64,000 nt of DNA from Alphaproteobacteria bacterium (GCA_965214705.1 OZ243972.1:2432001-2496000), one strand, 5' to 3'. Counted from the stretch's first letter, positions 1 through 9,426 are shown. The notes: generated by a model not told the origin, from the letters alone. A program made the numbers and translations.

Positions 1-111
1 CCCTGGTCGCTGATCGGCGTCTCGCTCGCGGGCTGGAACGCCATCGCTTCCGCCGTCATGGCGATAGTGGCGGCCTTCGGCGCGGTCCGGCTGTGGAGGG
101 CCGGCACATGA
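1..111 (+). CDS. dsbB: 3' end of probable disulfide bond formation protein B (partial, runs off window)
   Basis: Frame 1 reads PWSLIGVSLAGWNAIASAVMAIVAAFGAVRLWRAGT*. The W-x-x-x-G-x-S-L-A-G-W-N motif is typical of the alphaproteobacterial DsbB C-terminus; its stop overlaps the coq7 ATG (ATGA). Confidence 0.6.
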   Translation, partial: PWSLIGVSLAGWNAIASAVMAIVAAFGAVRLWRAGT

Positions 112-692
112 ACGAAGACGTGACGCGCGAAGACGCCCGGCCCGCCGTCACCGGCGAGGACCGGCTGCCCGGCGACCCGACCCGTGAAGAGATGATCGCC
201 CGCATGATCCGGGTCGATCACGCCGGCGAGTACGGCGCCAAGCGGATCTACGACGGCCAGCTCGCGGTCCTCGGCCGCAGCGGCGCCGCGCCTGCGATCC
301 GCGCGATGGCCGAGGCCGAGCAGGCGCATCTGGACGCCTTCGACAATCTGCTGGTCGAGCGCCGGGTGCGACCCACCGCTCTCTCCCCGGTCTGGCATGT
401 CGCGGGCTATGCGCTGGGCGCAGCGAGCGCGCTGCTGGGCGAGCGGGCGGCGATGGCGTGCACGGTCGCGGTCGAGGAGGTGATCGAGCAGCACTACGCG
501 GGCCAGGCGGAACGCCTCGGCGAGGACGAGGCCGGGTTGCGACAGACGCTCGAGGAATTCGGCGCCGACGAGGCCCGGCACCGCGAGACCGGTCTCGCCC
601 ACGGGGCCGAGCGGGCGCCCGGCTACGAGGCACTCTCCGCCGCGGTCAAGCGCGGCACCCGGCTCGCAATCTGGCTTTCGGAACGAATTTAG
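108..692 (+). CDS. coq7: Demethoxyubiquinone hydroxylase (Coq7 di-iron family)
   Basis: RMIRVDHAGEYGA, ACTVAVEEVIEQHY and DEARH di-iron motifs; start placed at ATG 108 overlapping the upstream stop. Confidence 0.9.
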   Translation: MNEDVTREDARPAVTGEDRLPGDPTREEMIARMIRVDHAGEYGAKRIYDGQLAVLGRSGAAPAIRAMAEAEQAHLDAFDNLLVERRVRPTALSPVWHVAGYALGAASALLGERAAMACTVAVEEVIEQHYAGQAERLGEDEAGLRQTLEEFGADEARHRETGLAHGAERAPGYEALSAAVKRGTRLAIWLSERI

Positions 693-853
693 AGCGGTCT
701 TCCTGCCGGGATCGCGGACCGCTCTCGGCACGCAATGTGAGCGGCGCACGCCAAGCCTCTCCTTCCTGCCGAGCATCGCGACAGAGGAGGAGGGCAGCGG
801 CCAGACATTCTGCCGATCGCCGGGGCCTGCTGCGGTCTCCGTGAACCGACGAG

Positions 854-1885
854 TCAGACCGCGCGGGCGGCGTCGACGAGGCGGGCGAGCTTGGCGCGCG
901 CGAGTTCGGAGCCCAGCATGATCAGCCCGCAGTCGGGCGCAGCCACCAGCCGGTCGGCATCGATATGGTCGAGCGCCGCGCGCAGGCGCGTGACGATCTC
1001 GTCCACTGTCTCCACCCGGCTGGAGGCGATCTCGACCACGCCCAGGATGACCGTGGTGCGCGAGAACGTGTCCAGCAGGGAAAGATCGTTGTGCCGGTGC
1101 GCGTCCTCGATGGAGACCGCATCGACGATGCTGGCTTCCAGCGCGCCGGCGAGCCGCCGGTAGACCTCCGGGTCGGCCTTCACGTAGTCGGTCTCGTCCA
1201 GCTTGTCGGGATAGCCGCAGCACATGTGCATGGTGCGGGTCACGCCGGCGGGCAGGCCGTGGAAGCACCGTTCGAGGGTTTCGATCCCGAAGTCGAGCGC
1301 CTGGTCCGGCAGGCGGGCGAAGAGCGGCTCGTCGACCTGAATGTGGCGGCATCCGGCGTCGGCCAGGCGCCTGATCTCCACGTTGAGGGCATCGGCCAGC
1401 GCGGCGCACCAGGACCGGCGGTCGGGGTTGACCACGTTGGCGGTCGAGTCCGCGATGGTGAACGGTCCGGGAACGGTGATCTTGACGGGCCTATCCGTCG
1501 CCGCCTGCGCGATCTCCCAGTCGCGCACCAGGAAGGGCTCGCGCGCAGCGACCTTGCCCGTGAAGGTAGGGGCCTCGGCGGTCCAGGCGCCGCCCCGCAT
1601 GGTGCACTCGGTCAGCGTATCGGGCTCGAAGCCGTCGAGATGGCTGCAGTGATAGTGGATGTAGTTCCCGCGCCGCATCTCGCCGTCGGTCGGGATGTCG
1701 ATCCCCATCGCAACTTGCTCGGCGACGACCTCCCGCGTGGCTCGGTCGAATGCGGCCTGTCGCTCCTCTGGCGAAAGGGCCTCATCCTCGACCTCGCCGG
1801 CCTCGACGTCCTCGTGCATCCAGGCCAGGCGCGGCACGTAGGGCGGCTTGGGGTAGGAGCCGATGCAGGTGGTCAGGAGCGGCAC
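854..1885 (-). CDS. Cobalamin-independent methionine synthase II family protein (single-barrel MetE-like)
   Basis: TTCIGSYPKP, TDGEMRR, IQVDEP, HMCCG and APDCGL zinc-binding motifs. Confidence 0.85.
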   Translation of the reverse strand: MPLLTTCIGSYPKPPYVPRLAWMHEDVEAGEVEDEALSPEERQAAFDRATREVVAEQVAMGIDIPTDGEMRRGNYIHYHCSHLDGFEPDTLTECTMRGGAWTAEAPTFTGKVAAREPFLVRDWEIAQAATDRPVKITVPGPFTIADSTANVVNPDRRSWCAALADALNVEIRRLADAGCRHIQVDEPLFARLPDQALDFGIETLERCFHGLPAGVTRTMHMCCGYPDKLDETDYVKADPEVYRRLAGALEASIVDAVSIEDAHRHNDLSLLDTFSRTTVILGVVEIASSRVETVDEIVTRLRAALDHIDADRLVAAPDCGLIMLGSELARAKLARLVDAARAV

Positions 1886-1915
1886 GCAAACAGTGATCGT
1901 GGCGAAGAGTGCGGG

Positions 1916-2704
1916 TCAGCGGCCCGTGAACTTCGGCGGGCGCTTCTCCATGAAGGCGGTGCGGCCCTCGGTGTAATCCGCGCTGGTGAAGCAGGCCGTC
2001 ACCAACTCGTCGCAGAGCGCCGGGTCCACCCCCTCGGCGCCGCTCCGTGCGAGCTCGGCGATCATGCGCTTGCTCGCGCGCATGGAGAGCGGCGCGTTGG
2101 CGGCGATGCCCGCGCAGTAGCCCTCGACGGTCTCGTTCAGCGAGTCGTCGGGTACTGCCTGGTTGACGAGGCCGATACGCTCGGCCTCTGCGGCGTTGAA
2201 GCGCCGCGCGGTGATCAGGATCTCCTTGGCGAAGGCCGGGCCCACGAGATCGGTCAGCAGCTTGAGCGAGCCGATACGGTAGCCGACCCCGAGCCGCGCC
2301 GCCGGGATCGCGAAGGTGGCGCCGGCGCCGGCGATCCGCATGTCGCAGGCGATGGCGAGGCCCAGCCCGCCCCCCATGCAATAACCCCGGATCATGGCGA
2401 TGGTCGGCCGGTCCGCGTTGCGCAGCCGTTGGGTCGCGCCTTCCGCGAGCTCGTCGTAGGCCGCGACCGCGTCCTCGCTTGCGCGCTCGGTCGCGAACTC
2501 CGAGATGTCCGCGCCCGAGACGAAGGCCTTCTGGCCCGCGCCCTTGAGCACGATCACCCGGATCGCCGGGTCCGCCTCCAGCCGGTCGAGCGCCTCGGGC
2601 AGCGCGCGCCACATGGCGACCGAGAGCGCGTTATGCTTCTTCGGGTTGTTGAAGGTGATCCAGCCGACGGCGTCGGCGGACTCGACAAGCAGTTGATCGG
2701 TCAT
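1916..2704 (-). CDS. Enoyl-CoA hydratase/isomerase family protein
   Basis: AFVSGADISEF, GYCMGGGLGLA and EGRTAFMEKRPPKF crotonase motifs. Confidence 0.9.
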   Translation of the reverse strand: MTDQLLVESADAVGWITFNNPKKHNALSVAMWRALPEALDRLEADPAIRVIVLKGAGQKAFVSGADISEFATERASEDAVAAYDELAEGATQRLRNADRPTIAMIRGYCMGGGLGLAIACDMRIAGAGATFAIPAARLGVGYRIGSLKLLTDLVGPAFAKEILITARRFNAAEAERIGLVNQAVPDDSLNETVEGYCAGIAANAPLSMRASKRMIAELARSGAEGVDPALCDELVTACFTSADYTEGRTAFMEKRPPKFTGR

Positions 2705-2716
2705 GTCATTCCCACG

Positions 2717-3910
2717 TTAGACAACGCCCCGGCTCCGCAAGTCCTCGATTTCCGCCGCACCGTAACCGAGAGCCCCCAGGATTTCGTCGGTGTGAGCGCC
2801 GAGCTCGGGCGTCGCGCCATGCACGTTGAACGGCGTGCGGCTGAGCCGGGCCGCCTGGGAGACGATGCGCGTCGGCCCGAGGGCCGGGTGCTCCACGGGA
2901 TGCGCCATGCCGAGGTGCTGTACCTGCGGGTCGTCGAACATCTCGTCGATGGCGTAGATCGGCCCGCACGGCACGCCGGCCCCGTTGAATGCCTCCACCC
3001 ATGCCGTGCTCGGCTTCGTGCGCGTGCGCTCGTTGATGAGCGCGTTCAACTCCACGCGGTTCTCGGAGCGGCCGTCGCCGGTCGCGAAGCGCGGGTCGGT
3101 GATCAGCTCCGGCATACCGAGCGCCTCGCATAGGCGCTCGTAGATGGCGCCGCCGGAGGTCGCGATGTTGATGTAGCCGTCGGCAGTCTCGAACACGCCT
3201 GTCGGGATGCTCGTCGGGTGGTCGTTGCCGGCCTGGCCGGGTGGCACGCCCTCGAACAGGTAGCGCGCGGCCTGGAAGTCGAGCTGCGCGATCATCGCCT
3301 GCAGCAGGGAGGACTGCACCCACTGCCCTTTGCCCGAGTGCTCGCGCTCCAGCAGGGCGACGAGGATACCGATGGCGGTGTAGAGCCCGGCGCTCAGGTC
3401 CGCGACCGGGATGCCGACCCGCATCGGCCCCCGGCCGGGCTCGCCGGTGATCGACATGAGCCCGCCCATGCCCTGGGCGATCTGGTCGAAGCCCGGCCGC
3501 TTGGCATAGGGGCCGTCCTGGCCGAAGCCCGAGAGGCTGGCATAGACGAGGCGGGGGTTGAGCGCGCTCAGGGTCTCGTAGTCGACGCCGAGCCGGTGCT
3601 TCACGTCGGGCCGGTAGTTCTCCACCACCACGTCGGCGGTCTCCGCCAGCCGCTTGAAGATGGCGACGCCGTCGGGCTCCTTGAGGTTGAGCGTGAGGCT
3701 CCGCTTGTTGCGGTGCAGGTTCTGAAAGTCCGGGCCATGCCGGGCCTTGATGGGATCGCTCGCCGTCCCCGGCGTATCCGGCGCCTCGATCTTGATCACG
3801 TCGGCGCCCCAGTCCGCGAGCTGGCGCGCCGCGGTCGGCCCCGCCCGGTAACGGGTGAGATCGAGCACGGTGTAGCGCGCGAGCGCGCCGTCTGCGGGAG
3901 GATGCGTCAT
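2717..3910 (-). CDS. CaiB/BaiF family III CoA transferase
   Basis: VLDLTRYRAGP, LADWGADVIKIE, NLHRNKRSLTLNLK, VENYRP and PELGAHT motifs. Confidence 0.9.
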   Translation of the reverse strand: MTHPPADGALARYTVLDLTRYRAGPTAARQLADWGADVIKIEAPDTPGTASDPIKARHGPDFQNLHRNKRSLTLNLKEPDGVAIFKRLAETADVVVENYRPDVKHRLGVDYETLSALNPRLVYASLSGFGQDGPYAKRPGFDQIAQGMGGLMSITGEPGRGPMRVGIPVADLSAGLYTAIGILVALLEREHSGKGQWVQSSLLQAMIAQLDFQAARYLFEGVPPGQAGNDHPTSIPTGVFETADGYINIATSGGAIYERLCEALGMPELITDPRFATGDGRSENRVELNALINERTRTKPSTAWVEAFNGAGVPCGPIYAIDEMFDDPQVQHLGMAHPVEHPALGPTRIVSQAARLSRTPFNVHGATPELGAHTDEILGALGYGAAEIEDLRSRGVV

Positions 3911-3943
3911 CGGAGGCCGTTCAACCGCTATTGTAGAACGCGC

Positions 3944-4843
3944 TCACTCTTCGGAAAAATCGCGGACCGCACTGTCGAAGCGCCCGTAGTCCGCATAGTC
4001 CACGATGTCATAGAGGTGCGCCCGGGTCATCATGCGGGGCACGAGGCCCGGCTGGTCGTCGCGCTCGTCGAGGTCCCGGAGCCCGTCCTCCACGGCCTTC
4101 ATGGCGAGCCGGAAGGTCGTCACCGGGTAGATCACCAGGTTGTAGCCGAGCTCCGCCAGCGTCTTGCGCGAGAGCAGGGGCGACTTGCCGAACTCGGTCA
4201 TGTTGGCCATGAGCGGCGCGTCGATGGCGGCGCGGAAGGCCTCGAACTCGCGCTCGTCCTGCAGCGCCTCGGGGAAGATCATGGCCGCGCCAGCATCGAC
4301 GTAAGCCTTCGCCCGGTCGATGGCCTTCACCAGCCCCTCGGGTCCGCGCGCGTCGGTGCGGGCGATGAGCAAAAAATCCGGGTCGCTTTGGGCCTCGGCC
4401 GCGGCGCGCACGCGGCGCACCATCTCCGCCGTCGGCACCAGGGTCTTGCGGTCGAGATGGCCGCAGCGCTTCGGGCTCTCCTGGTCCTCCAGGTGGCAGC
4501 CGGCAAGCCCGGCCTCCTCGAGCAGCGCCACGGTGCGGGCGGCGTTGAGTGGCGCGCCGAATCCGGTGTCGACATCCACGATGACGGGAAGCGTGCAGGC
4601 CCGCACGATCGCCTGCGCCCGGGCGATCACCTCGCTCTGCGTCACCAGCCCGATGTCCGGCAGGCCGAGATCGGCAGCCAGCGCCGCCCCGGAGACGTAG
4701 ACCCCGTCGAAGCCCTGGCGCTCGATCAGCTTCGCCACGATCGGCGCAAATGCGCCAGGGAAGCGCAGCAATGCGCCGCTCGCGAGCGCCTTGCGCAGCG
4801 CCCGCCGGCGCGCGGGCGCAGGCACGTCTGCGGCCCCGATCAC
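3944..4843 (-). CDS. prpB: Methylisocitrate lyase (ICL/PEP mutase family)
   Basis: GLPDIG, DVDTGFG, HLEDQESPKRCGHL and MANMTEFGKSP motifs. Confidence 0.85.
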   Translation of the reverse strand: MIGAADVPAPARRRALRKALASGALLRFPGAFAPIVAKLIERQGFDGVYVSGAALAADLGLPDIGLVTQSEVIARAQAIVRACTLPVIVDVDTGFGAPLNAARTVALLEEAGLAGCHLEDQESPKRCGHLDRKTLVPTAEMVRRVRAAAEAQSDPDFLLIARTDARGPEGLVKAIDRAKAYVDAGAAMIFPEALQDEREFEAFRAAIDAPLMANMTEFGKSPLLSRKTLAELGYNLVIYPVTTFRLAMKAVEDGLRDLDERDDQPGLVPRMMTRAHLYDIVDYADYGRFDSAVRDFSEE

Positions 4844-4983
4844 GCGGCGCCTCCCACCGTCCGGCGGGCCCCGCGCGCTAGTGTGCGGCGCCGCATCCGA
4901 TGGTATATGGTGCGCCGGGCCGCCCGGCGACGGGCGGGCAAGGGAGTTGCGCGCGCAGTGCTGCGGGACATGGGAGGAGATCG

Positions 4984-6087
4984 ATGAAGCTGGGCCTGTT
5001 CATGATGCCGATCCACAACCACACGAGGGACTATCACACGACCCTCATGGAGGATATCGAGGCGATCGTCCATGCCGACAGCCTCGGCTTCTCGGAGGCC
5101 TGGGTCGGCGAGCACTACAGCTCCAAGTCGGAGCAGATCACCTCGCCGCTGCTCTTCCTCGCGCATGTGCTGCCGCACACCAAGCAGATCGTCGCCGGCA
5201 CCGGCGTCATCTGCCTGCCCCAGTACCACCCGGCGGTGACGGCCGGGCAGATCGCCATGTTCGATCACCTGGCGAAGGGGCGCTACATCGCGGGCCTCGG
5301 CCCCGGCGGGCTGCCGCCGGACTTCGAGATTTTTGGCGTCATGGACGCGGACCGCAACTCGATGATGATCGAGGCCATCGATATCATGGTCGATATCTGG
5401 ACCTCGGATCCGCCCTACAAATACGACGGCAAGCACTGGCAGATCTCCCTCAAGGACTGGGTCCACGAGGATATCGGGCTCGGCTACATGGCCAAGCCCT
5501 ATCAGAAGCCCTATCCGCCCATCGCGATCTCGGCGATGAGCCCGTTCTCGGGCTCGATCAAGTTCGCGGGCTCGCGCGGCTACATTCCGATCTCGGCCAA
5601 CTTCATCGGCACCTGGTCCGCCAAGTCCCACTGGCAGGTCTATGCTGACGCAGCGGCCAAGGCGGGCCATTCGACCGATCCGGAGATCTGGCGCGTCGCC
5701 CGCAACGTCCACGTGGACGAGACCGACGAGGCGGCCGAGGCCTTCGTCAAGAAGGCCGATGACAGCACCGACTGGTACTTCAGCTACCTCTTCCGGATCT
5801 TCGAGCGCGCCGAGATGAAGGGGCCCTTCGTGGTCAACCAGGGCGACGATCCGGCCGAGCTCACCCACGAGTCGATCCGCGACAACTACACGATCTACGG
5901 CAGCCCGGAGACGGTGGCCGAGAAGATCCTGGCGTTGCGCGACCAGATCGGCCACTTCGGCACGCTGATGCTGACCGCGCAGGACTGGACCGACAAGGAG
6001 CGGATGAAGCGCTCCATGTCGCTGCTCGCCGACGAGGTCATGCCCAAGGTCAACGCCGCCATCGGCACGCAGGCGGCGGCGGAGTAG
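4984..6087 (+). CDS. LLM-class flavin-dependent oxidoreductase/monooxygenase
   Basis: MKLGLFMMP start after GGAGGAG SD; AWVGEHY, GTGVICLP and FDHLAKGR luciferase-like motifs. Confidence 0.85.
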   Translation: MKLGLFMMPIHNHTRDYHTTLMEDIEAIVHADSLGFSEAWVGEHYSSKSEQITSPLLFLAHVLPHTKQIVAGTGVICLPQYHPAVTAGQIAMFDHLAKGRYIAGLGPGGLPPDFEIFGVMDADRNSMMIEAIDIMVDIWTSDPPYKYDGKHWQISLKDWVHEDIGLGYMAKPYQKPYPPIAISAMSPFSGSIKFAGSRGYIPISANFIGTWSAKSHWQVYADAAAKAGHSTDPEIWRVARNVHVDETDEAAEAFVKKADDSTDWYFSYLFRIFERAEMKGPFVVNQGDDPAELTHESIRDNYTIYGSPETVAEKILALRDQIGHFGTLMLTAQDWTDKERMKRSMSLLADEVMPKVNAAIGTQAAAE

Positions 6088-6118
6088 GGCCGCCGCTCTC
6101 GCGCCGGGAGGGCGGGCG

Positions 6119-6847
6119 ACGACCGATTACGCCCTCATCACCGGCGGCGCGCGCGGGATCGGCCGGGCGACGGCGGCCCGGCTCCGCGCCGAGGGCTGCC
6201 GGGTCGTGGTCTTCGACCGCCTGGAGCCGGAAGACCCGGTGGACGAATTCGTGGCGGTGGACCTCGCCGACACCGAGGCCACCGCGCGGGCGCTGGAGCA
6301 GGCGCTTGCCGGGCGCACCATCACGCGGCTGGTCAACAACGTGGGTGCCGTGCGGCCTGCGCTGCTGGGGGACGCGACCCTCGACGACTTCGACTACCTG
6401 ATGGCGCTCAACGTGCGCTCGGCAATCCAGTGCACCAAGGCGGTGGCACCGGGGATGCGGGCTGCCGGCTTCGGGCGCATCGTCAACGTCTCCAGCCGCT
6501 CGGTGCGCGGCAAGGAGCTTCGCACCAACTACGCCGCGACCAAGGCGGCGCTGATCGGGCTCACGCGCACCTGGGCGCTGGAGCTCGGCGCCGACGGCAT
6601 CACGGTCAACTGCATCTGCCCCGGCCCGACGGCGACCGAGCTTTACGTCGAGGCCAACCCGCCGGATTCGCCCCGCACCAGGGCCGCGCTCGCCGCGATC
6701 CCGGCCGGCCGCATCGGCACGCCCGAAGACATGGCCCACGCCATCGCCTTCTTCTTCGACGAGCGGAGTTCCTTCGTCACCGGGCAGGCGATCATGGTCT
6801 GCGGCGGCTCCAGCCTCGGCGCCCGCGAGAGCTACGCACCGGCGTGA
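6119..6847 (+). CDS. Short-chain dehydrogenase/reductase; apparent start codon is ACG (see findings)
   Basis: In frame upstream of the called ORF (6206) lies TDYALITGGARGIG (Rossmann motif); VNNVG, YAATK and VNCICPG motifs are intact; GGGAGG SD lies 7 nt before ACG at 6119. Confidence 0.8.
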   Translation, partial: TTDYALITGGARGIGRATAARLRAEGCRVVVFDRLEPEDPVDEFVAVDLADTEATARALEQALAGRTITRLVNNVGAVRPALLGDATLDDFDYLMALNVRSAIQCTKAVAPGMRAAGFGRIVNVSSRSVRGKELRTNYAATKAALIGLTRTWALELGADGITVNCICPGPTATELYVEANPPDSPRTRAALAAIPAGRIGTPEDMAHAIAFFFDERSSFVTGQAIMVCGGSSLGARESYAPA

Positions 6848-6895
6848 GCCGCTGACCTACACCGGGCAGATGAAGCTGCCGGTGCCAGAAACGGA

Positions 6896-7333
6896 TCAGG
6901 CGGCCTCGTCGACGGTAACGGTCACGCATTTCCCAAGTCGGCGCAGGGCGCGGTCCATGGTTGCGGCCTTGGTGCTGTGCTCCGGGTTCAACATGCGCCG
7001 CACCTCGCTCTCGGCAACGTCGAGATCGCGAGCGAGGCGGCGTTGCGAAATCCCGGCCTGGCGCCACGCCTCATAAAGGGCCGCCTTCAACGCGATTTGC
7101 ACCGGCGGGACGACAAGAGGTCTCCGCTTACCGGCGCGCGACGGCTCGGGGAGGTCCTCGCCCTCCCGAATCGTGGTTGCGATCAGCTCGCGCAACAAGT
7201 CCTTGGCTTCGAGGAGCGCCTCGTCGCGCGTGGCGCCGTCCGTCGCGCCCCATCCGAAATCGGGGAACGCGACGACATACCGCCCGTCCTCGTCGCGTTC
7301 GATCTCGGCAGGATAGTGGTAGGTGTCAGGCAT
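6896..7333 (-). CDS. hicB: HicB family antitoxin with C-terminal HTH
   Basis: YPAEIERDEDGRYVVAFPDF, TDGATRDEALLEAKD and LPEPS HicB fold; ISQRRLARDLDVAESEVRRML HTH. Confidence 0.85.
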   Translation of the reverse strand: MPDTYHYPAEIERDEDGRYVVAFPDFGWGATDGATRDEALLEAKDLLRELIATTIREGEDLPEPSRAGKRRPLVVPPVQIALKAALYEAWRQAGISQRRLARDLDVAESEVRRMLNPEHSTKAATMDRALRRLGKCVTVTVDEAA

Positions 7334-7372
7334 TCGTTCGGTCTCCGGGGACGCTCGCGTCGTTCCGTCCCC

Positions 7373-7585
7373 CTAGAATTCGTCTTTGTCGATCCCAAGG
7401 TCGGTGAGCATCTTGGCGAGCAGTCCCTTGCCGATGTCCTTCTTCCGGTCCTTCACGGTCGTCTTGTGTTCACCCGCATAGAGCGTTCCATGCGAACCGG
7501 CTCCTTCGGATGCGACGAAGCGCACCTCAATATTCCGGCGCCTCGCCCACCTGCGCACTCTCGCAATGAACTGCCTCCCGTTCAT
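7373..7585 (-). CDS. hicA: HicA family toxin
   Basis: 70-aa basic protein with GAGSHGTLY motif and DIGKGLLAKMLTDLGI tail, directly upstream of hicB. Confidence 0.8.
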   Translation of the reverse strand: MNGRQFIARVRRWARRRNIEVRFVASEGAGSHGTLYAGEHKTTVKDRKKDIGKGLLAKMLTDLGIDKDEF

Positions 7586-7620
7586 GCCGCGACAGTGTGG
7601 GATGTCGCCAGCATCGGTCA

Positions 7621-7649
7621 ATGATAAATGCGCACATTTTTGTGCGCAA
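7621..7649 (-). promoter_or_regulatory. Putative hicAB promoter with overlapping operator palindrome
   Basis: Minus strand TTGCGC-N17-TATCAT; inverted repeat TGCGCACA-TTTT-TGTGCGCA at 7629-7648 covers the -35 box and spacer. Confidence 0.7.
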
Positions 7650-7699
7650 CAGTTCAATCCCGGCGACAACTCGGGTCAAATGTGCTGGAGCACTCTTTC

Positions 7700-9043
7700 C
7701 TACACCGGGCGGATGAAGGAGCCGGTGCCGGGGGCGCCGATCACCGCCCCATCGGCATAGACCGGCGTGCCCCTCACATACGTGCTCGTCACGCGCGCGC
7801 CGAAGGTCATGCCGTCGTAAGGGCTCCACTTCACCTGAGACGCCATGCCGGCGGCATCGAAGGTCCAGGCGCCGGGGGCGACGATGGCGAAGTCCGCGTC
7901 GGCGCCTGGGGTGAGCGCGCCCTTGCGCGGATAGAGGCCGAAGTGCCGTGCCGGCCGTTCGGCGAGCAGCGCCGCCACCCGGCTCGGCGCAAGCCCCCGC
8001 TCGGTCACCATGCCCGTGTAGAGCGCGGCGAACAGGGTCTCCAGCCCCGGCACGCCCGAGCCGTTCTCCGAGAACTCCGGGCTCGACTTGCGCGAGAGCG
8101 GCCAGGCCACGTGATCCGACGAGACGAAGTCCACCTCGTCCGCCACCACCTTCTCCCACAGCGCCTCGCGCTCGTGCGCCGGGCGAATGGGCGGGTTCTG
8201 CTTGAGGCGCGCGCCCATGGTCAGCACCTGGCTTTCCTCGAACACCAGGTACTGCACGCAGGTCTCGGCCGTGGCCGCGACGCCTTCCTCGCGGTAGTGC
8301 TTCGCCTGGTCGATGCCGCGCGCGAGCGAGCTGTGCACGATGTGGCAGCGCACCCCGGTCACGCGCGCGATCTCGAAGACCGCCGCGTTGGCCACCACCT
8401 CGGCGACTGCCGGGCGGCCCGCACCGTGGCTCTCCGGCGTGTTGCGCCGCTCGTCGAGGAAGCGCTGCGTCAGGCGGCGGACGATGGCGGCGTCCTCGTT
8501 GTGGAAGGCGACCGAAAGCCCGGTGTCGCGGATCGCCGGGAACAGCTCGTAGAGCTCGCCCATGTCGTAGCCGGGGAAGCGCACCGGGTGATACTCGTAG
8601 GTGGACACCTTGAAGGCGCAGACGCCCGCCTCGGCGAGTTCCGCGATGCCCTCGGTGCCCGCGCCCTTCTTCGGCGCGCCGTAGAGCGCCACGTCCACGA
8701 CTGCAATCCGCTCCAGGGTCTCGACCTTGGCCTCGAGCAGCTCGACCGAGTTGACCGGCAGCGGGTCGTCGAAGGGCATGTCGACGATGGTGGTGACGCC
8801 GCCGGCAGCAGCCGCGACCGAGGCGTCGCCCAGCCCTGCGATCCCCTCGCAGCTCCCGGCATGGACCTGGCCGTCGATGACGCCGGGGAAGATCAGCTGG
8901 CCCGTCGCATCGACCGTCTCCGCCGCCTCCGGCGCCTCGCCGGTGCCGAGCGCGCCGATCAGCCCGCCGCGAACCGCGAGGAAGCCGTCCGCCAGCACCC
9001 GGTCCGGGAGCACGAGGTCGCCGCGCACCACGAGGTCGTACAT
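7700..9043 (-). CDS. Allantoinase/dihydroorotase-like cyclic amidohydrolase
   Basis: MYDLVVRG start; PGVIDGQVH, AAAAGGVTTIVDMP, FHNED, HIVH, KQNPPIR, SSDH and KGALTPGADADF motifs. Confidence 0.85.
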   Translation of the reverse strand: MYDLVVRGDLVLPDRVLADGFLAVRGGLIGALGTGEAPEAAETVDATGQLIFPGVIDGQVHAGSCEGIAGLGDASVAAAAGGVTTIVDMPFDDPLPVNSVELLEAKVETLERIAVVDVALYGAPKKGAGTEGIAELAEAGVCAFKVSTYEYHPVRFPGYDMGELYELFPAIRDTGLSVAFHNEDAAIVRRLTQRFLDERRNTPESHGAGRPAVAEVVANAAVFEIARVTGVRCHIVHSSLARGIDQAKHYREEGVAATAETCVQYLVFEESQVLTMGARLKQNPPIRPAHEREALWEKVVADEVDFVSSDHVAWPLSRKSSPEFSENGSGVPGLETLFAALYTGMVTERGLAPSRVAALLAERPARHFGLYPRKGALTPGADADFAIVAPGAWTFDAAGMASQVKWSPYDGMTFGARVTSTYVRGTPVYADGAVIGAPGTGSFIRPV

Positions 9044-9054
9044 GCGTCTGCTCC

Positions 9055-9426
9055 CTAGCGCCCCGGCACGTCGTAGTAGTCGCCGGCGTCCTCGGTGTAG
9101 ATGTGGCGCTCGATGGCGAGCCCGGTCGCGCCGTCCAGCGTGCCGGCGGTGATCGAGACGCGGTTCTCGCCCGCCGGCTTCCAGAACAGGTTGCCGCCGC
9201 AGCGGTTGCAGAAGCCGCGCCGTGCGCTCTCCGAGGAGTGGAACCAGACCAGGGTCTCGTCGGCCTCCAGGGCGAAGCGCGCCAGCGGCACCGAGGTCAT
9301 GGCCGCATGGTGGCCGGAGGTCTTGCGGCACTGCCCGCAGTGGCAGGCGATGACATGGCGCAAGGGCCCGATCGCCCGGTATCTGACGCCGCCGCAGAGG
9401 CAGCCGCCGGTATGAATGTCGGTCAT
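9055..9426 (-). CDS. GFA family (CENP-V/Mss4-like) zinc-binding protein
   Basis: GGCLCGGVRY, CHCGQCRK and RGFCNRCG cysteine motifs. Confidence 0.9.
   Translation of the reverse strand: MTDIHTGGCLCGGVRYRAIGPLRHVIACHCGQCRKTSGHHAAMTSVPLARFALEADETLVWFHSSESARRGFCNRCGGNLFWKPAGENRVSITAGTLDGATGLAIERHIYTEDAGDYYDVPGR

Larger units (their letters stand above)
6856..7729. repeat. 31-bp imperfect direct repeat (6856-6886 and 7699-7729) flanking the HicAB module
   Basis: CCTACACCGGGCAGATGAAGCTGCCGGTGCC vs CCTACACCGGGCGGATGAAGGAGCCGGTGCC, 28/31 identical; the second copy is the 3' end of the 7700..9043 gene. Confidence 0.9.

Noticed and set aside
691-726. AGAGCGGTC...GACCGCTCT hairpin resembling rhizobial intergenic repeats
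   Set aside because: It is a single short copy between convergent genes and most simply a terminator-like stem.
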